Below, piece by piece: positions 29,793-40,158 of a stretch of DNA of 64,000 nucleotides (position 1 is its first letter; every line of letters starts with the position of its first letter). The notes under the pieces are model-generated. The model was not told the DNA's origin. It made no database searches and saw nothing but the letters and a program-made list of their open reading frames with translations. The stretch lies in contig SVFQ01000009.1 in NCBI GenBank assembly GCA_015056765.1, positions 4,354 to 68,353 of the forward strand, read 5' to 3'. The DNA is from Lachnospiraceae bacterium. GTDB lineage: Bacteria; Bacillota; Clostridia; Lachnospirales; Lachnospiraceae. The position numbers and the translations under genes are program-made.

Positions 29793-30716
29793 TTAGTCCT
29801 CCTTAGATCCTAATAGTTTGAACTGGATAGCGGATACAATCAGGATGATAAAGAACAGCACATATGCAATGGCTGCGGAGTAACCAACCTGGTTCGGGCT
29901 AACTTCAAAACCGAATTTATATAAGTACATAACTACCGTCTGGATAGATCCACGGACGTTACTTACGGAGTTTCCAATAATTAAGAATGGTACATCGAAG
30001 AGCTGTAAACCACCGATTAAGGAAGTTACAAATACGTACAGCATAATAGGACGGAGTAATGGGAGTGTAATCTTTCCAAATACAGTCCATCTTCCTGCAC
30101 CATCGATTGCTGCTGCTTCGAAATAATCTCTGTTGATACCCTGCACACCTGCCATCAGTACGATGAAGGAGTTACCAAACCACATCCATGCACCGATAAC
30201 TGCGATAACCATACCGGCATACTTGGGATCTCCTAACCAGTTGATAGGAGTTTTGGTGATGTGTGCTGCTTGTAAAATCTGGTTGACGGTACCAAAACGC
30301 CAATCCAGCAGGGTCTTGAAAAGGAATGCTACAGATGTAGCTGCAATTAAGTTTGGCAGATAATATATTGCACGGAATACAGGTAAACCATAGATTTTAT
30401 ATTTAAAATCGGAGAATACCATAGTCAGCAGGAACGCAAGTCCTAACTGTAAGATAATATTGACACCCCAGATGCGAACTGTGTTGCCCAGGGCCTGCCA
30501 GAAAAATTTGTCTCCAAATACACGGGCATAGTTTTTGAATCCTACTAATACCGGTGGCTTTGGTGTGTTTGCATATTCGCTAAAACTCAAATAGAAAGTT
30601 CTAATAACCGGATAAATACTAAATGTTAGAAAGACAATGACAAAAGGCAGTACAAATAAATAACCGGTTTTGTTCAAGTCTCTTTTTTTGGTTTTCTTTA
30701 CGACCTGATCAGCCAT
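29793..30716 (-). CDS. Carbohydrate ABC transporter permease (MalF-like)
   Basis: 6 TM helices and an EAA loop (EAAAIDGAGRWTVFGKITLP). The stop is 1 nt from the next start. Confidence 0.9.
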   Translation of the reverse strand: MADQVVKKTKKRDLNKTGYLFVLPFVIVFLTFSIYPVIRTFYLSFSEYANTPKPPVLVGFKNYARVFGDKFFWQALGNTVRIWGVNIILQLGLAFLLTMVFSDFKYKIYGLPVFRAIYYLPNLIAATSVAFLFKTLLDWRFGTVNQILQAAHITKTPINWLGDPKYAGMVIAVIGAWMWFGNSFIVLMAGVQGINRDYFEAAAIDGAGRWTVFGKITLPLLRPIMLYVFVTSLIGGLQLFDVPFLIIGNSVSNVRGSIQTVVMYLYKFGFEVSPNQVGYSAAIAYVLFFIILIVSAIQFKLLGSKED

Positions 30717-30778
30717 AAGGGACCTCCATACCTCTTAATGTTTCATAAATTTGTGCTTTTCTTCCAGATATAGAAGGG

Positions 30779-30807
30779 TTAACCGGCGGTTTGTGACCGC
30801 CGGTTAA
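30779..30807 (-). promoter_or_regulatory. Intercistronic stem-loop between the SBP and permease genes
   Basis: 12-bp perfect stem TTAACCGGCGGT/ACCGCCGGTTAA with no U-run. This is the classic position for an mRNA-stabilising or attenuating hairpin after an SBP gene. Confidence 0.5.
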
Positions 30808-30818
30808 TCTTACTTCCA

Positions 30819-32246
30819 TTATCGTTCGATAACTAAATCTGGATAAGTAGCTGCAACTGTGTCATAGAAGGTGTTGATTGCTTCTTCTTCTGTAGCTACA
30901 CCTGTCTTGATATTGCTGATTGCTTCACCCCAAGCATCACCAATAACCTTGTCATAACGAGTAACTTTGGAGTAGTCGATACCTTCAGCCTGTTTTAACC
31001 AGAAGCTGTAAAGTTTCTCACCACCATATACAGGGTTCTCGTCATCTTTGTGTTTGTCTAATACAGAAAGAAGAGATACTGTATCACCTTCGGATTTCTC
31101 AATCCACCAGTCAGCTGTTTCTTCATTCAAAGTAACGAATTTAACGAAGTCCCAAGCTCTTTCTTTTCTTTCAGATAAGGAAGAGATACCGATGAATGTA
31201 CCACCACCAAATCCGTAAGCAGGTCCGGCGCAAACGCCCCATTTACCGGAAGTTTCACCTACGTTGTCTCTTAAAGTAAGTACGCCCCAGCTAGGAAGAC
31301 CATATGCGAATACCTGAGTTTTTTCCATGTCTGCTGTAGCTTCATCAAAGCTTTCTGCATCCCATACGTTTACGGAATCATCAGCGTAGCTCTGGATGTC
31401 AGCTGTCAGAATCGGAACTTCACCGGACATTGCCTGGTACCAAGGTGTGGACCACTGGTTAGCATAAGCAGTAAGGTCATCCTGATACAGTTTGATGGAA
31501 AGATCCATATAATCACGTCTACCCTGATCTACATTCAGCTTGCCATCAATAACCCAAGCGCTGTCACCGGAGAAATAGTTCATCTCAGCATCAGAAGCGA
31601 AGATTCTGTAACCTTTGTCTTTTAATGTCTGAGCTGTATTTAAAATTGTGTCGTAGTCTGCAAATAATTTGCCTACTTCTTCTGGATCATCAGTACCGAA
31701 TACTTCAGTAGCGATGTCTCTTCTGTAGTAGATACCAGCCGGAGTAATCTGATAAGAGATTGCTCTCTGGATACCGTCTTTATCCTGACCAACTTTCCAT
31801 ACGTAATCTACGATCTGGTCTGCATAGTCCTGTGCGTTGTAAGGAGCTTGATTCAGGTCTTCGAAATAGCCTGCATCAAACATATCCTCAAGCATCTGAG
31901 GCTCACCAACGATGATGTCTGGTTCTGTTGCACCACCATTTAAAGCGGTCTGTACTTTTGTTACATAGTCAGCTGGCTCAATTACGACAGTTTCAACCTG
32001 TACATCAGGATTCTGCTCTGCGTAGCGCTCTGCAAAACTCTCTAAGTCTTTTGCAAGAGTCCAGATAACTAATTTTTCAGAAGCATCAGCGTTTCCTGTA
32101 ACTGCGGAATCTTTTACGCTGGCATCCTCTGCAGTAGTCTCAGCTGCTGTATCAGCTGCTGGAGTAGCTGCACTTTCGCCACAAGCAGTAAGACCAAATA
32201 CCATGGTACCTACTAAAAGGGCAGAAACTACTTTTTTCAGTTTCAT
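30819..32246 (-). CDS. Sugar ABC transporter solute-binding lipoprotein
   Basis: Lipobox GLTAC, an Ala/Thr-rich linker and a family-1 SBP. Strong RBS AAAGGAGG. Confidence 0.85.
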   Translation of the reverse strand: MKLKKVVSALLVGTMVFGLTACGESAATPAADTAAETTAEDASVKDSAVTGNADASEKLVIWTLAKDLESFAERYAEQNPDVQVETVVIEPADYVTKVQTALNGGATEPDIIVGEPQMLEDMFDAGYFEDLNQAPYNAQDYADQIVDYVWKVGQDKDGIQRAISYQITPAGIYYRRDIATEVFGTDDPEEVGKLFADYDTILNTAQTLKDKGYRIFASDAEMNYFSGDSAWVIDGKLNVDQGRRDYMDLSIKLYQDDLTAYANQWSTPWYQAMSGEVPILTADIQSYADDSVNVWDAESFDEATADMEKTQVFAYGLPSWGVLTLRDNVGETSGKWGVCAGPAYGFGGGTFIGISSLSERKERAWDFVKFVTLNEETADWWIEKSEGDTVSLLSVLDKHKDDENPVYGGEKLYSFWLKQAEGIDYSKVTRYDKVIGDAWGEAISNIKTGVATEEEAINTFYDTVAATYPDLVIER

Positions 32247-32285
32247 AATAGTTTTTCCTCCTTTATATAGCTTTGCTATAAAGCT

Positions 32286-32305
32286 GCGAAACCAGTCAGT
32301 TTCGC
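32286..32305 (-). promoter_or_regulatory. Inverted repeat in the predicted 5' leader of the SBP operon
   Basis: GCGAAAC-N6-GTTTCGC, lying between a TATAAT box (minus strand, 32319-32324) and the RBS. Confidence 0.4.
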
Positions 32306-32344
32306 TGTTGATATTTGCATTATAGGTTTTCCAAAGCCCTAAAA

Positions 32345-32375
32345 AAATGCACCAAATTTTACTAGGGTGTCATTT
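32345..32375 (-). promoter_or_regulatory. Candidate operator/activator site B (AAATGACACCCTAGTAAAATTTGGTGCATTT on the minus strand)
   Basis: Imperfect inverted repeat AAATGACACC / GGTGCATTT, upstream of TATAAT at 32319-32324. The motif is shared with sites A and C. Confidence 0.35.
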
Positions 32376-32403
32376 TTTTAGTTCAGGAGGTATCATTTTT
32401 TGA

Positions 32404-35400
32404 TTAGGCGATTTCTACCGTAATTTCGGCAATTCTACCATCGCGGATTGCATGTGCAAGTTCCCCTGTTACCTTACCCTCTGTGCATACAGTTTCTGCG
32501 CCATCCACATCTACCAGGGTGATTTTACCAATCTGGTACTGACCAGGGATATAGTCTTTTACTGTAGCAAATTCATATCTTAACTTGGTATCGCTGAGGA
32601 GAGTTGCCTCTACGCTACCGCCATCTTTAATCAGATACTTAGGCATACATGGTTCCGGTCTAAAAGTAAGTTCTCCATTTTCTTCTGTGAAGTATTTCTT
32701 TCCGAAGAACATCAGCTTCCACATGCTGATAAACTCAATGGTAGATCCGGACAGTCTAGCCACAAATCCTTTACCGTGAATTCTTTCATTTGGATTCTTA
32801 CTGCTGGCGATGAAGGAACTGTTCTCCAAAGTGGAACGGCCGTATACCTTTGGATCCAGGAATGGAACCGCTGCCTTTTGGAAGTCCTCCATGTACTCTT
32901 CATACATGCCGCTTCTAAGAAGCTCTAACAAATATTTATATTCCATATGCAGCCAGATGGATTCGTTCTCCAACCATCCCGGTGTAAAGGATCTGCATCT
33001 ACCGATTTCATAGCTTGCATTTTCCAAAGAAGCATTGACCTTGTACATAGACAGCTTGTTATCATACAAATCGCTGCCCTTCACTTTCTTATAAAGGTCC
33101 TTCTTGCATTCCATCGCTTTAGGAAGCTTCAAATATCTCACAGGTCCTTCCAGGAATAATGGCATTGCTTTTGCCACAAACTTCAGTGGTTTGATACCTT
33201 CTGCCGTCTCTTCGTATTCCGGCACATCGAAAGTGAAGTAGGTTGGGCAGATGCCTTCCGGTGTAAGCTTGCAAGCCTTGTCGATACCATGCTCTACTAC
33301 AGCAAGCATCTTATCGAAGATTTCCACCAGGCTCTGGGTTTCTACAGTAGTCTTCTGACCGCTGATTCCCACAAAAGTCTTCTCTCTATACTGCTCTCTG
33401 GCATCGCCTAAACGATTCCATAAAGAGATAACTTCGCCCTCAGCAGTAGTTGCCTGATCTTCTAATTTCAAAATCAAGTTCAGTTCATCTAGGAAAGAAG
33501 CTACTTCTTCTGTCAACTGCAATGTTCCCGGGTGACGTCTCATAGCATCTGTCAGGTAGTGGAGCATTCTGGCAAGTTCATAGCTTTCTGCCATGGAGGA
33601 GCCCAGCATACCCGGCAGTCCATTGAGGGCATCATACCAGCCCGGCTTTCCACCTTCCATCTCTACGCCCATACCATAAGCATCTAGTGTGGCGAATTTA
33701 CATGCGCTAAGTACGATTAGTTTTTCCAGCAGGGTGACAACTACTTCGTCCCCTTTGCCAAAGTTTGCTCGCAAGGTTTTCTCAGCAGTATTTCTTTTGG
33801 TGCTTTCATCTAACGCATAGTACTGTCTGATACCACCCGGTGTTTTTGCGTAACGTTTGTATCTACGATTTACTTCCACCTGAGATAAGAAATAGCGATA
33901 GCCTTCCTCATACAGCATCTCTTTTTCCATCTCCGGGAAGATTTCCAAATAGTCTTCAATCAGGTCCAGGTTATAAGTCCAATGATCGCTCCAGTAGCCT
34001 TCTCCAAAGTTGGCATTGACGCTCTGTTTTGCAAAGTCAATCATCTGGAAGAAAAGTCTTTCCGGGAATTCCTTTTCACCTTCTGCAAGCGCCTTATATA
34101 ACGCACCCGGAGTAAAAGGTCCTGCCAGAATTTTTGCAACCGCTTCTCGGTTCTCCGGCTTCACCTCCGCTAAAAGGCTTTCTCTGTGGTCAGCAGAGAG
34201 CTGGTAGGTGATGCGGGATACTTCCAATGGATTGTATCCATCTAACTGAATCAAGGAGTAGAAGGTATGGATATTCTCTCTACCTACAAAAGGAGAGAAG
34301 AAGGTATCGCATCTTCTATTCTGGTTCACGTCACGGAAGTTACCATTTCCCTGAGAATACTGTTCCGGAGACATGGAGAAATAGTTATAGTCACGCTCTA
34401 AATCACCATGTTTTCTGGAAAATACATAAAAGATTTTGTTATTCCCCAGCTGAATAGGTTTACCACCACGCAGCATGTTATCTAAGTAAGTATATTTGCA
34501 ATATGCATCGAATACTTCGTTAGAAGTACTTGTCTCCATTGGCGCTGTCAGCTTTTCTACAAGTTCATCTGCTTCCTGTGCTTTTGCTTCAAAGTAGGCT
34601 GCATCTTTTTTTGCAGAAAGGAACTCTTGCAGGATTTCTTTGCTTTCAACCTGACCGATTACTTCATAAATGGTAATACTTTCATTCTTTGCCAAAGTTC
34701 TCTTCATACCAAAGAATGCGCTTGGAAGCTCGTTCATGGTAATCTGCTTCTTTGCAAGAAGGTCATCTAATCCCTCTTCTTTGAAGCATACAGGTGTCTG
34801 TAAGCTGTTGTCATAGTCAAATACCAAAGCAGGATCTACCACTGCAGTTAGCTTTTCTCCATTGGCTTCTATCGCAAAAGAGAAATTACCACCGGCAATA
34901 TGACTGATTTCTGCCTTATCGTCCATGCTGGCACGAACTCTATAATAAGGAATACCGGTTTCAGTATCTTCTACCTGCATCCAGGCTTTGGCGGTCTGGG
35001 TCATGTTCTTCATGGAGCCCATATCTACACCGTAAGGAATCAGCGCCGGCATACCATCCAGCACTTCCAATTCAGCAGTATCTCCCAGGTTTGTAATAGA
35101 CACAGTTCTTACTAATGCGCCCACTTTTTCACCGGGTAAAGTGTAATATCTTACTTCTGTCTTCAGTCCTGCTTCCTCATCACACTCTACTATGCTCAGG
35201 TGATTCATGGAAATCAGCATCTGGGTAGCTTTACTTTCATCAGCAAAGCTCTCGTGGAACTTTCCAGCTTTTCTAATAAAGGTTCTAAAGCCGGTACGTT
35301 TTACATTCTGATAAGCCACGTGAGCAGGATAGAATTCCATCAGCGCGTGGTCTTTATTATCTACACCGAAACTTGTCACGCACTGTCCTCTATTGACATA

Positions 35401-35502
35401 CATACACCAAATGGGGATACCGTGTACTCCTGCGATACCCGGCAAAAAGCTGGCAAAGGTACTTGCTTTACCAAAATTCTCTAATTTGAACTGTTCTTCC
35501 AT
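32404..35502 (-). CDS. Large (1032 aa) divergent glycoside phosphorylase-like protein, distant GH94-clan relative (GH149/GH161/SOGP-like?)
   Basis: NFRDVNQN and [15 protein letters not shown] resemble the GH94 [FW]RDxxQD and DWNDxLN motifs found in the neighbouring gene. No signal peptide. RBS AAGGAG. The family assignment is unverified. Confidence 0.55.
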   Translation of the reverse strand: MEEQFKLENFGKASTFASFLPGIAGVHGIPIWCMYVNRGQCVTSFGVDNKDHALMEFYPAHVAYQNVKRTGFRTFIRKAGKFHESFADESKATQMLISMNHLSIVECDEEAGLKTEVRYYTLPGEKVGALVRTVSITNLGDTAELEVLDGMPALIPYGVDMGSMKNMTQTAKAWMQVEDTETGIPYYRVRASMDDKAEISHIAGGNFSFAIEANGEKLTAVVDPALVFDYDNSLQTPVCFKEEGLDDLLAKKQITMNELPSAFFGMKRTLAKNESITIYEVIGQVESKEILQEFLSAKKDAAYFEAKAQEADELVEKLTAPMETSTSNEVFDAYCKYTYLDNMLRGGKPIQLGNNKIFYVFSRKHGDLERDYNYFSMSPEQYSQGNGNFRDVNQNRRCDTFFSPFVGRENIHTFYSLIQLDGYNPLEVSRITYQLSADHRESLLAEVKPENREAVAKILAGPFTPGALYKALAEGEKEFPERLFFQMIDFAKQSVNANFGEGYWSDHWTYNLDLIEDYLEIFPEMEKEMLYEEGYRYFLSQVEVNRRYKRYAKTPGGIRQYYALDESTKRNTAEKTLRANFGKGDEVVVTLLEKLIVLSACKFATLDAYGMGVEMEGGKPGWYDALNGLPGMLGSSMAESYELARMLHYLTDAMRRHPGTLQLTEEVASFLDELNLILKLEDQATTAEGEVISLWNRLGDAREQYREKTFVGISGQKTTVETQSLVEIFDKMLAVVEHGIDKACKLTPEGICPTYFTFDVPEYEETAEGIKPLKFVAKAMPLFLEGPVRYLKLPKAMECKKDLYKKVKGSDLYDNKLSMYKVNASLENASYEIGRCRSFTPGWLENESIWLHMEYKYLLELLRSGMYEEYMEDFQKAAVPFLDPKVYGRSTLENSSFIASSKNPNERIHGKGFVARLSGSTIEFISMWKLMFFGKKYFTEENGELTFRPEPCMPKYLIKDGGSVEATLLSDTKLRYEFATVKDYIPGQYQIGKITLVDVDGAETVCTEGKVTGELAHAIRDGRIAEITVEIA

Positions 35503-35532
35503 TTCTACTCCTTATCCCGAACCCCGGCTCAC

Positions 35533-38166
35533 TTATGCAAGTTTCACCTGAATTCTTACTGTTTCCTCTGTATTTTCTGTAATGACATTTCTTGGAATGA
35601 TAATTCTGCCTTCCTCATCAGCAGAATAGGTTCCTAAGGTTGATGTTGCTTCTACCGCTTTTGGAACTTCCGCGTCTCCCGTTTTTTCAAAAATAACCTG
35701 TAGGTTCTTCTCCGCAAATGGCAAAGTAATTTCCGCTCTACCGTCTGCCGTAAATTCATCCCTGGTAAGCTTCGGTGCAATCATCAAATCGCCATGATAC
35801 CCTTTCACGCCGAATACTTCTGTTACCATAGTGAGTTCGAACCAGCTGGCTGCACCTGTCAGATAGTGATACAGTCCTCTACCGGAACCATCGAAATACT
35901 CCGGAACTCCCGGATAGATTTTGCTCTTTTCAAAATCAAGGGCCTGATTTGCTAAGCTACGAAGTGCTTTCTTTCCAACTGCAATATTGCCTCTTTGGTA
36001 CATGGCATTACCGTACATCACTGCCATATGTGAGAAGACTGCGCCGTTTTCCTTTTCTCCATAAGCAAATCCAAACATGCGCCCCATGTCGAATTTCTCT
36101 TCATGGAAGTTGGTATTCAGCTTATAGCCGCCAACTGCTTCTTCATATAAGAATGCGTCTGCACTATCTGCAATCTCTTTTACCATCTCCGATGTAGCCG
36201 TATACATAGTAGCAAACACCTGGCTTGGCAGCATCATTCTGACGCCGGATGCATGCTCTCCTTCCACACGGTTCTTATGATTATCATAATAGCCGTTAAA
36301 GAAGTGGTGTCCTTGCGCTTCGATCCATTCTCTTTCTCGTAATTCTTCTCCTAAGACACGAGACATATGAGCTAAAACCTGCGCCAGAGTTTTGGTATCG
36401 ACTTCTTCCTCTTCGCCAAAATCATATTGTGCAATTTGATTCAAAAATTCATTTCGAATCAGCTGTTTTTCTTTGACAACTTTATCGACTTCGTGCTCCT
36501 GAAGTACTTCGAAGGCAACCCAACTATTGATCATTTTCACTACCGGAGCATGCAATTTTACCTTATTTTTGCCGTGTGAACTTGCAAGTAGCATAAGTAG
36601 CTCCGAAAGTTTGCATAGATTTCCTGCAAATGCATGAGAAAATGCTACACTTTCGCCATTTTCTTTTGCCATATCCAGCGCATCGTTCCAATCCGCGCCT
36701 CTGAGCCGGATTGCGCCGTGTTCTCCCACATCAAAGAAGGCTGTGATATTTTGTAATAACAGGTGTTCTAGCACCGTTCCTTGCTGATTAGCACCACTTT
36801 CGTCAGTAAAGTAAGGCACAATTTCGTCAAGTATCTGATAATCACCCGTCTGATTCAAATAAAGATCGACAGTTACGTAAGGCCAGAAGCCATGATCCAT
36901 CCAAACTCTTGGGATTCCATTTCGGTCCGCTTTGAACTCACCAGGCTTTGTTCCAATGATAGTTGCATTGGTTCCATCTAATCTAACACCGCCAAAGTTC
37001 TGGCACAGCATCTGTCGAACCTCAGACGGATCATTCAAAAGTAGTGCCAGGCAATCCTGCCATAAGTCTCTCCAGCCTCTGCCGCCTCTACCATAATCAT
37101 GATGTGGTAGGAAGGAGCAACCGTAAATACGTCTTAACACCGGCTGAATCGTCACCCAGTATAAGTACTGGTCAAAATCAGGATTTCCGGTCTTGAAAGT
37201 GATATTGTTCTTTGCCTTCCAATAAGCCTTCATTTCATCAAAATACTTTTGAATGCCGGCATTTCGGATTGCCTCCGTCACGTTCCGGTCATAATCCGCT
37301 TCCTCAGAAGTACCAATCAAGACAGTATAATTCACTGTTTCTCCGGGTTGCAGTGTCACCTTTCGATAACACAGTCCGCCCACTGCTTCCTTACCGTCTA
37401 CCGTATCTCCCGGCACTCTGCAGTTTCCTCTTCCATAGAATGCTCCCGGAACGTCGAAGCTGCCGCCTTCTCCCAGGAAGTCCTCCACAGTTGCATAAAA
37501 CTTCTCAGGTGCTGCATTTCCTGCATCATAGCCCGTTACGAAATAGCTTCTTTCATTCTTTACATGACCTCGTTCGTCAAAGGAAAGAACAGGCTTTACC
37601 ACCACGCCATCTTTTGTAACTTTAATTCTATGTAATAAGGAAGTAACATGACGATGATCCCTGATATTGTCCGCGCTTCTACCATAAATAGGAATCATGG
37701 CAGTAGCCTGCACTGTCAAAGTCTCTTCTGTAATATTGCGCAAAGTGACCTCCATGATTTCTACAGATTCACGGATTGGTGCAAAAGACAGCACTTCAGA
37801 CCGTAAGCCTATCTCCGGATTCTCTCTGGTAACCTTTTGCCAAAGAAGTCCTGCTTCCAGTTCCACTTTTTCTTTCGCCTCGGTGAACCGCTCAGCATTC
37901 TGCCAAGCGGAGTTTCCGGTAGCAGACCAAGGTTTCTTTCCTTCTACCTGGCACCAAAAATTACGGGTGTTACGGTTATTATGAAGTCCCTCTATACTTA
38001 CCGGCTCTAACAGAAAACTATTCTGATCCACCTTAGAGTCTCCCGCTAAATTAGGGCTCACTGTGCCCTTCAGCCCTGCTTCTCCTGCAATCGGGAAATA
38101 TAGTCCGGAAACCAAATCCGGATTATCCATTTTAAATGTTCCTTGTTCCTCTAAAAATTGGTACAT
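35533..38166 (-). CDS. GH94-type glycoside phosphorylase (cellobiose/laminaribiose phosphorylase-like), 877 aa
   Basis: GRGWRDLWQD and RGADWNDALDMA motifs of the (alpha/alpha)6 GH94 catalytic domain. Start set at M20 (38166), preceded by GAGGGAGAA. The ORF-track start at 38223 would overlap the upstream gene by 23 nt. Confidence 0.8.
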   Translation of the reverse strand: MYQFLEEQGTFKMDNPDLVSGLYFPIAGEAGLKGTVSPNLAGDSKVDQNSFLLEPVSIEGLHNNRNTRNFWCQVEGKKPWSATGNSAWQNAERFTEAKEKVELEAGLLWQKVTRENPEIGLRSEVLSFAPIRESVEIMEVTLRNITEETLTVQATAMIPIYGRSADNIRDHRHVTSLLHRIKVTKDGVVVKPVLSFDERGHVKNERSYFVTGYDAGNAAPEKFYATVEDFLGEGGSFDVPGAFYGRGNCRVPGDTVDGKEAVGGLCYRKVTLQPGETVNYTVLIGTSEEADYDRNVTEAIRNAGIQKYFDEMKAYWKAKNNITFKTGNPDFDQYLYWVTIQPVLRRIYGCSFLPHHDYGRGGRGWRDLWQDCLALLLNDPSEVRQMLCQNFGGVRLDGTNATIIGTKPGEFKADRNGIPRVWMDHGFWPYVTVDLYLNQTGDYQILDEIVPYFTDESGANQQGTVLEHLLLQNITAFFDVGEHGAIRLRGADWNDALDMAKENGESVAFSHAFAGNLCKLSELLMLLASSHGKNKVKLHAPVVKMINSWVAFEVLQEHEVDKVVKEKQLIRNEFLNQIAQYDFGEEEEVDTKTLAQVLAHMSRVLGEELREREWIEAQGHHFFNGYYDNHKNRVEGEHASGVRMMLPSQVFATMYTATSEMVKEIADSADAFLYEEAVGGYKLNTNFHEEKFDMGRMFGFAYGEKENGAVFSHMAVMYGNAMYQRGNIAVGKKALRSLANQALDFEKSKIYPGVPEYFDGSGRGLYHYLTGAASWFELTMVTEVFGVKGYHGDLMIAPKLTRDEFTADGRAEITLPFAEKNLQVIFEKTGDAEVPKAVEATSTLGTYSADEEGRIIIPRNVITENTEETVRIQVKLA

Positions 38167-38200
38167 TTCTCCCTCACTTTCTTTTTCCACAATGAGTTTC

Positions 38201-40066
38201 TTACTTCCAAACTCCGTTCTCATAATCTATAATAATCGATTTAGCGCCACCTGTCATGGCCGGAGCTCCCACATCATTCAATACGTGACTGATACCCGGA
38301 TTGCCTGTAATCATGATGGCACAGATATGGTGTACTTTTACGCCATCTTTATCCGGCATTTCCATCACATTGTACTCTTCCACAGCCGCATCTCGGTGGA
38401 AGGAATAGATACCAATGCCTACCCCTTCAAAGGAGGATACATCATCATTTACATAAATAGATGGATATCCGTTTCGTCCGACGTCAGTTCGTACCCATTC
38501 AGATTGATTTGGTACATCATAAGGCAGCTCGCTTTGATACATCAAGATATAGCCATTGTCACCGTTCCAGATTGTCTGTTCTTTCTGAAAATGCTCTACC
38601 ATCAGCGCATAAATCTGCACATTATCTCCATCTACAACCAGACCATTGTCCGCTGTATTACGATTCCATGCCACTTGATCTCCATGGTCTGCTCTCCAGA
38701 TCCAGAAGTTATCCCCTAGGGTATTATTTGTCGAAATCTTAAGGCATGATTTAACTTTCGTTGGGTTTACTGTAGGTGTGCCACCTACACGGAAGAAAAC
38801 ATCTGCTAGTAACGGTTTATTTGAACCAGCATCCACTTCCTGCTTCTTTTCTTCTACCGTTTCTTCCTCAACAAGTCCTCCGAAATCAACCAGTAGTTCG
38901 CTTTCCACTTCTCCTGCATCAAACAGAAGTCCTGCTATGGTGTTTCCAGGATTGTCATCCGTTATGATGCACGCATTCCCGTCCGTAGGAACTAAGGATG
39001 CAAGTCCCGTGCCTAACAGGATACGGCCTTCTCGTACTTCCAGAGCTTTGTCAAGCTTATAGATACCGGGTGTAAATAGGATGTGCTTTCCGGCATTTAG
39101 CTGTTCATTCAAAAGATCCGCATTATCCTCCGGTTTTGCTATATAGAAAGCGTCCAGTGGGATTCTATCTTCTTCCCCTGTCTGCACCGCCTGTCCCATT
39201 TCGAAATCCATGGTCCAATCTGGGCCCTGACTTTCCTCCCTGAGTTTTGGCACATGTACATAAAAAGCCTCTTCTTCGTAGGTAAGATAAGGCTTCTCGC
39301 GCATGCTTTTTGTGCTTTCCACGCTAGTGTATGCCTTAGCAGGCCAGGTAGCTTCCGGATCACATCCTGGCGTATCCCCTGAGAATACCAGATTCCAGTT
39401 ATCATCATTCCACATCTTGAATTGATTATTTCTGGAAAGCCATTGCTGCTGGCTACCGCCATCTATCATCAGCTTCACATGTGAATTCGCCAGGAATCCA
39501 CCGCTGGCCCAGCCATACTCATCATGTAAATATAAAGCTCCATCTACTGCTACTCGTCTCATAAATGTAGCCTGAGATACCGCCCATTTCGAATTAGAAC
39601 CTATATAAAGGTTCTCTACACCACGCCAAAAATTACAGGTAGCCCTGTTATTACCGTCCACGCTATCCCATCTGGCATCCACCATCAAAGACGGTAGTTT
39701 CGTATCTGTTGGAAGAGCTCCCAATCCTGAAACCAGGGTGTAAAATCCCACTTTAGTTTCAATCTTTTCATCATACTCTCCTGGTGCAAAATAGATCTGA
39801 TATCTATCTTTTCCAAATTGATTAGCTTCCTGCTTCTCCCAGATTTCTTCTAATATCGCTACAACCTCTGCAGAATCATCCTCCGGGGTAAAGAAATAAG
39901 TATTCTCACCAAATTCTGCGATATGATAGTCTTCCGTCCTGTTATTCATGCTAATTGCATTTCCTTTATTGCTCTCATTTTGACATCCAGTCATCGCTGC
40001 CACAGCAGTTGCCAGCGCCGCCGCAGCAACTCCTAGGTATGCCATTTTCCAATTTCTACTATTCAT
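38201..40066 (-). CDS. Extracellular lipoprotein, putative polysaccharide hydrolase of unassigned family (possibly beta-helix, GH55-like)
   Basis: Lipobox AAMTGC. 621 aa with motifs NFWRGVENL, GWASGGFLANS and NFWIWRADHG. It is the first gene of the phosphorylase unit. The fold and family call is a weak recollection. Confidence 0.4.
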   Translation of the reverse strand: MNSRNWKMAYLGVAAAALATAVAAMTGCQNESNKGNAISMNNRTEDYHIAEFGENTYFFTPEDDSAEVVAILEEIWEKQEANQFGKDRYQIYFAPGEYDEKIETKVGFYTLVSGLGALPTDTKLPSLMVDARWDSVDGNNRATCNFWRGVENLYIGSNSKWAVSQATFMRRVAVDGALYLHDEYGWASGGFLANSHVKLMIDGGSQQQWLSRNNQFKMWNDDNWNLVFSGDTPGCDPEATWPAKAYTSVESTKSMREKPYLTYEEEAFYVHVPKLREESQGPDWTMDFEMGQAVQTGEEDRIPLDAFYIAKPEDNADLLNEQLNAGKHILFTPGIYKLDKALEVREGRILLGTGLASLVPTDGNACIITDDNPGNTIAGLLFDAGEVESELLVDFGGLVEEETVEEKKQEVDAGSNKPLLADVFFRVGGTPTVNPTKVKSCLKISTNNTLGDNFWIWRADHGDQVAWNRNTADNGLVVDGDNVQIYALMVEHFQKEQTIWNGDNGYILMYQSELPYDVPNQSEWVRTDVGRNGYPSIYVNDDVSSFEGVGIGIYSFHRDAAVEEYNVMEMPDKDGVKVHHICAIMITGNPGISHVLNDVGAPAMTGGAKSIIIDYENGVWK

Positions 40067-40137
40067 CCCTAAACTCCCACATTACCATTTTCACTTCTTC
40101 CCATTCTACTTTCTCTAGACTCTGTCAAAAAGGTTAT

Positions 40138-40158
40138 GGAATTTAGTTTGGTGTCATT
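40138..40158 (-). promoter_or_regulatory. Candidate operator/activator site A (AATGACACCAAACTAAATTCC on the minus strand)
   Basis: Same AATGACACC core as site B, about 75-90 nt upstream of the lipoprotein start codon and just downstream of the preceding terminator. Confidence 0.3.

Noticed and set aside
38063-38719. 218-aa plus-strand ORF, and similar long antisense ORFs at 27905-28441, 43095-43640 and 52321-52845
   Set aside because: All lie antisense to well-supported genes (lipoprotein/GH94, SBP, pflA, chemoreceptor). They have low-complexity or odd composition and no SD sequences.
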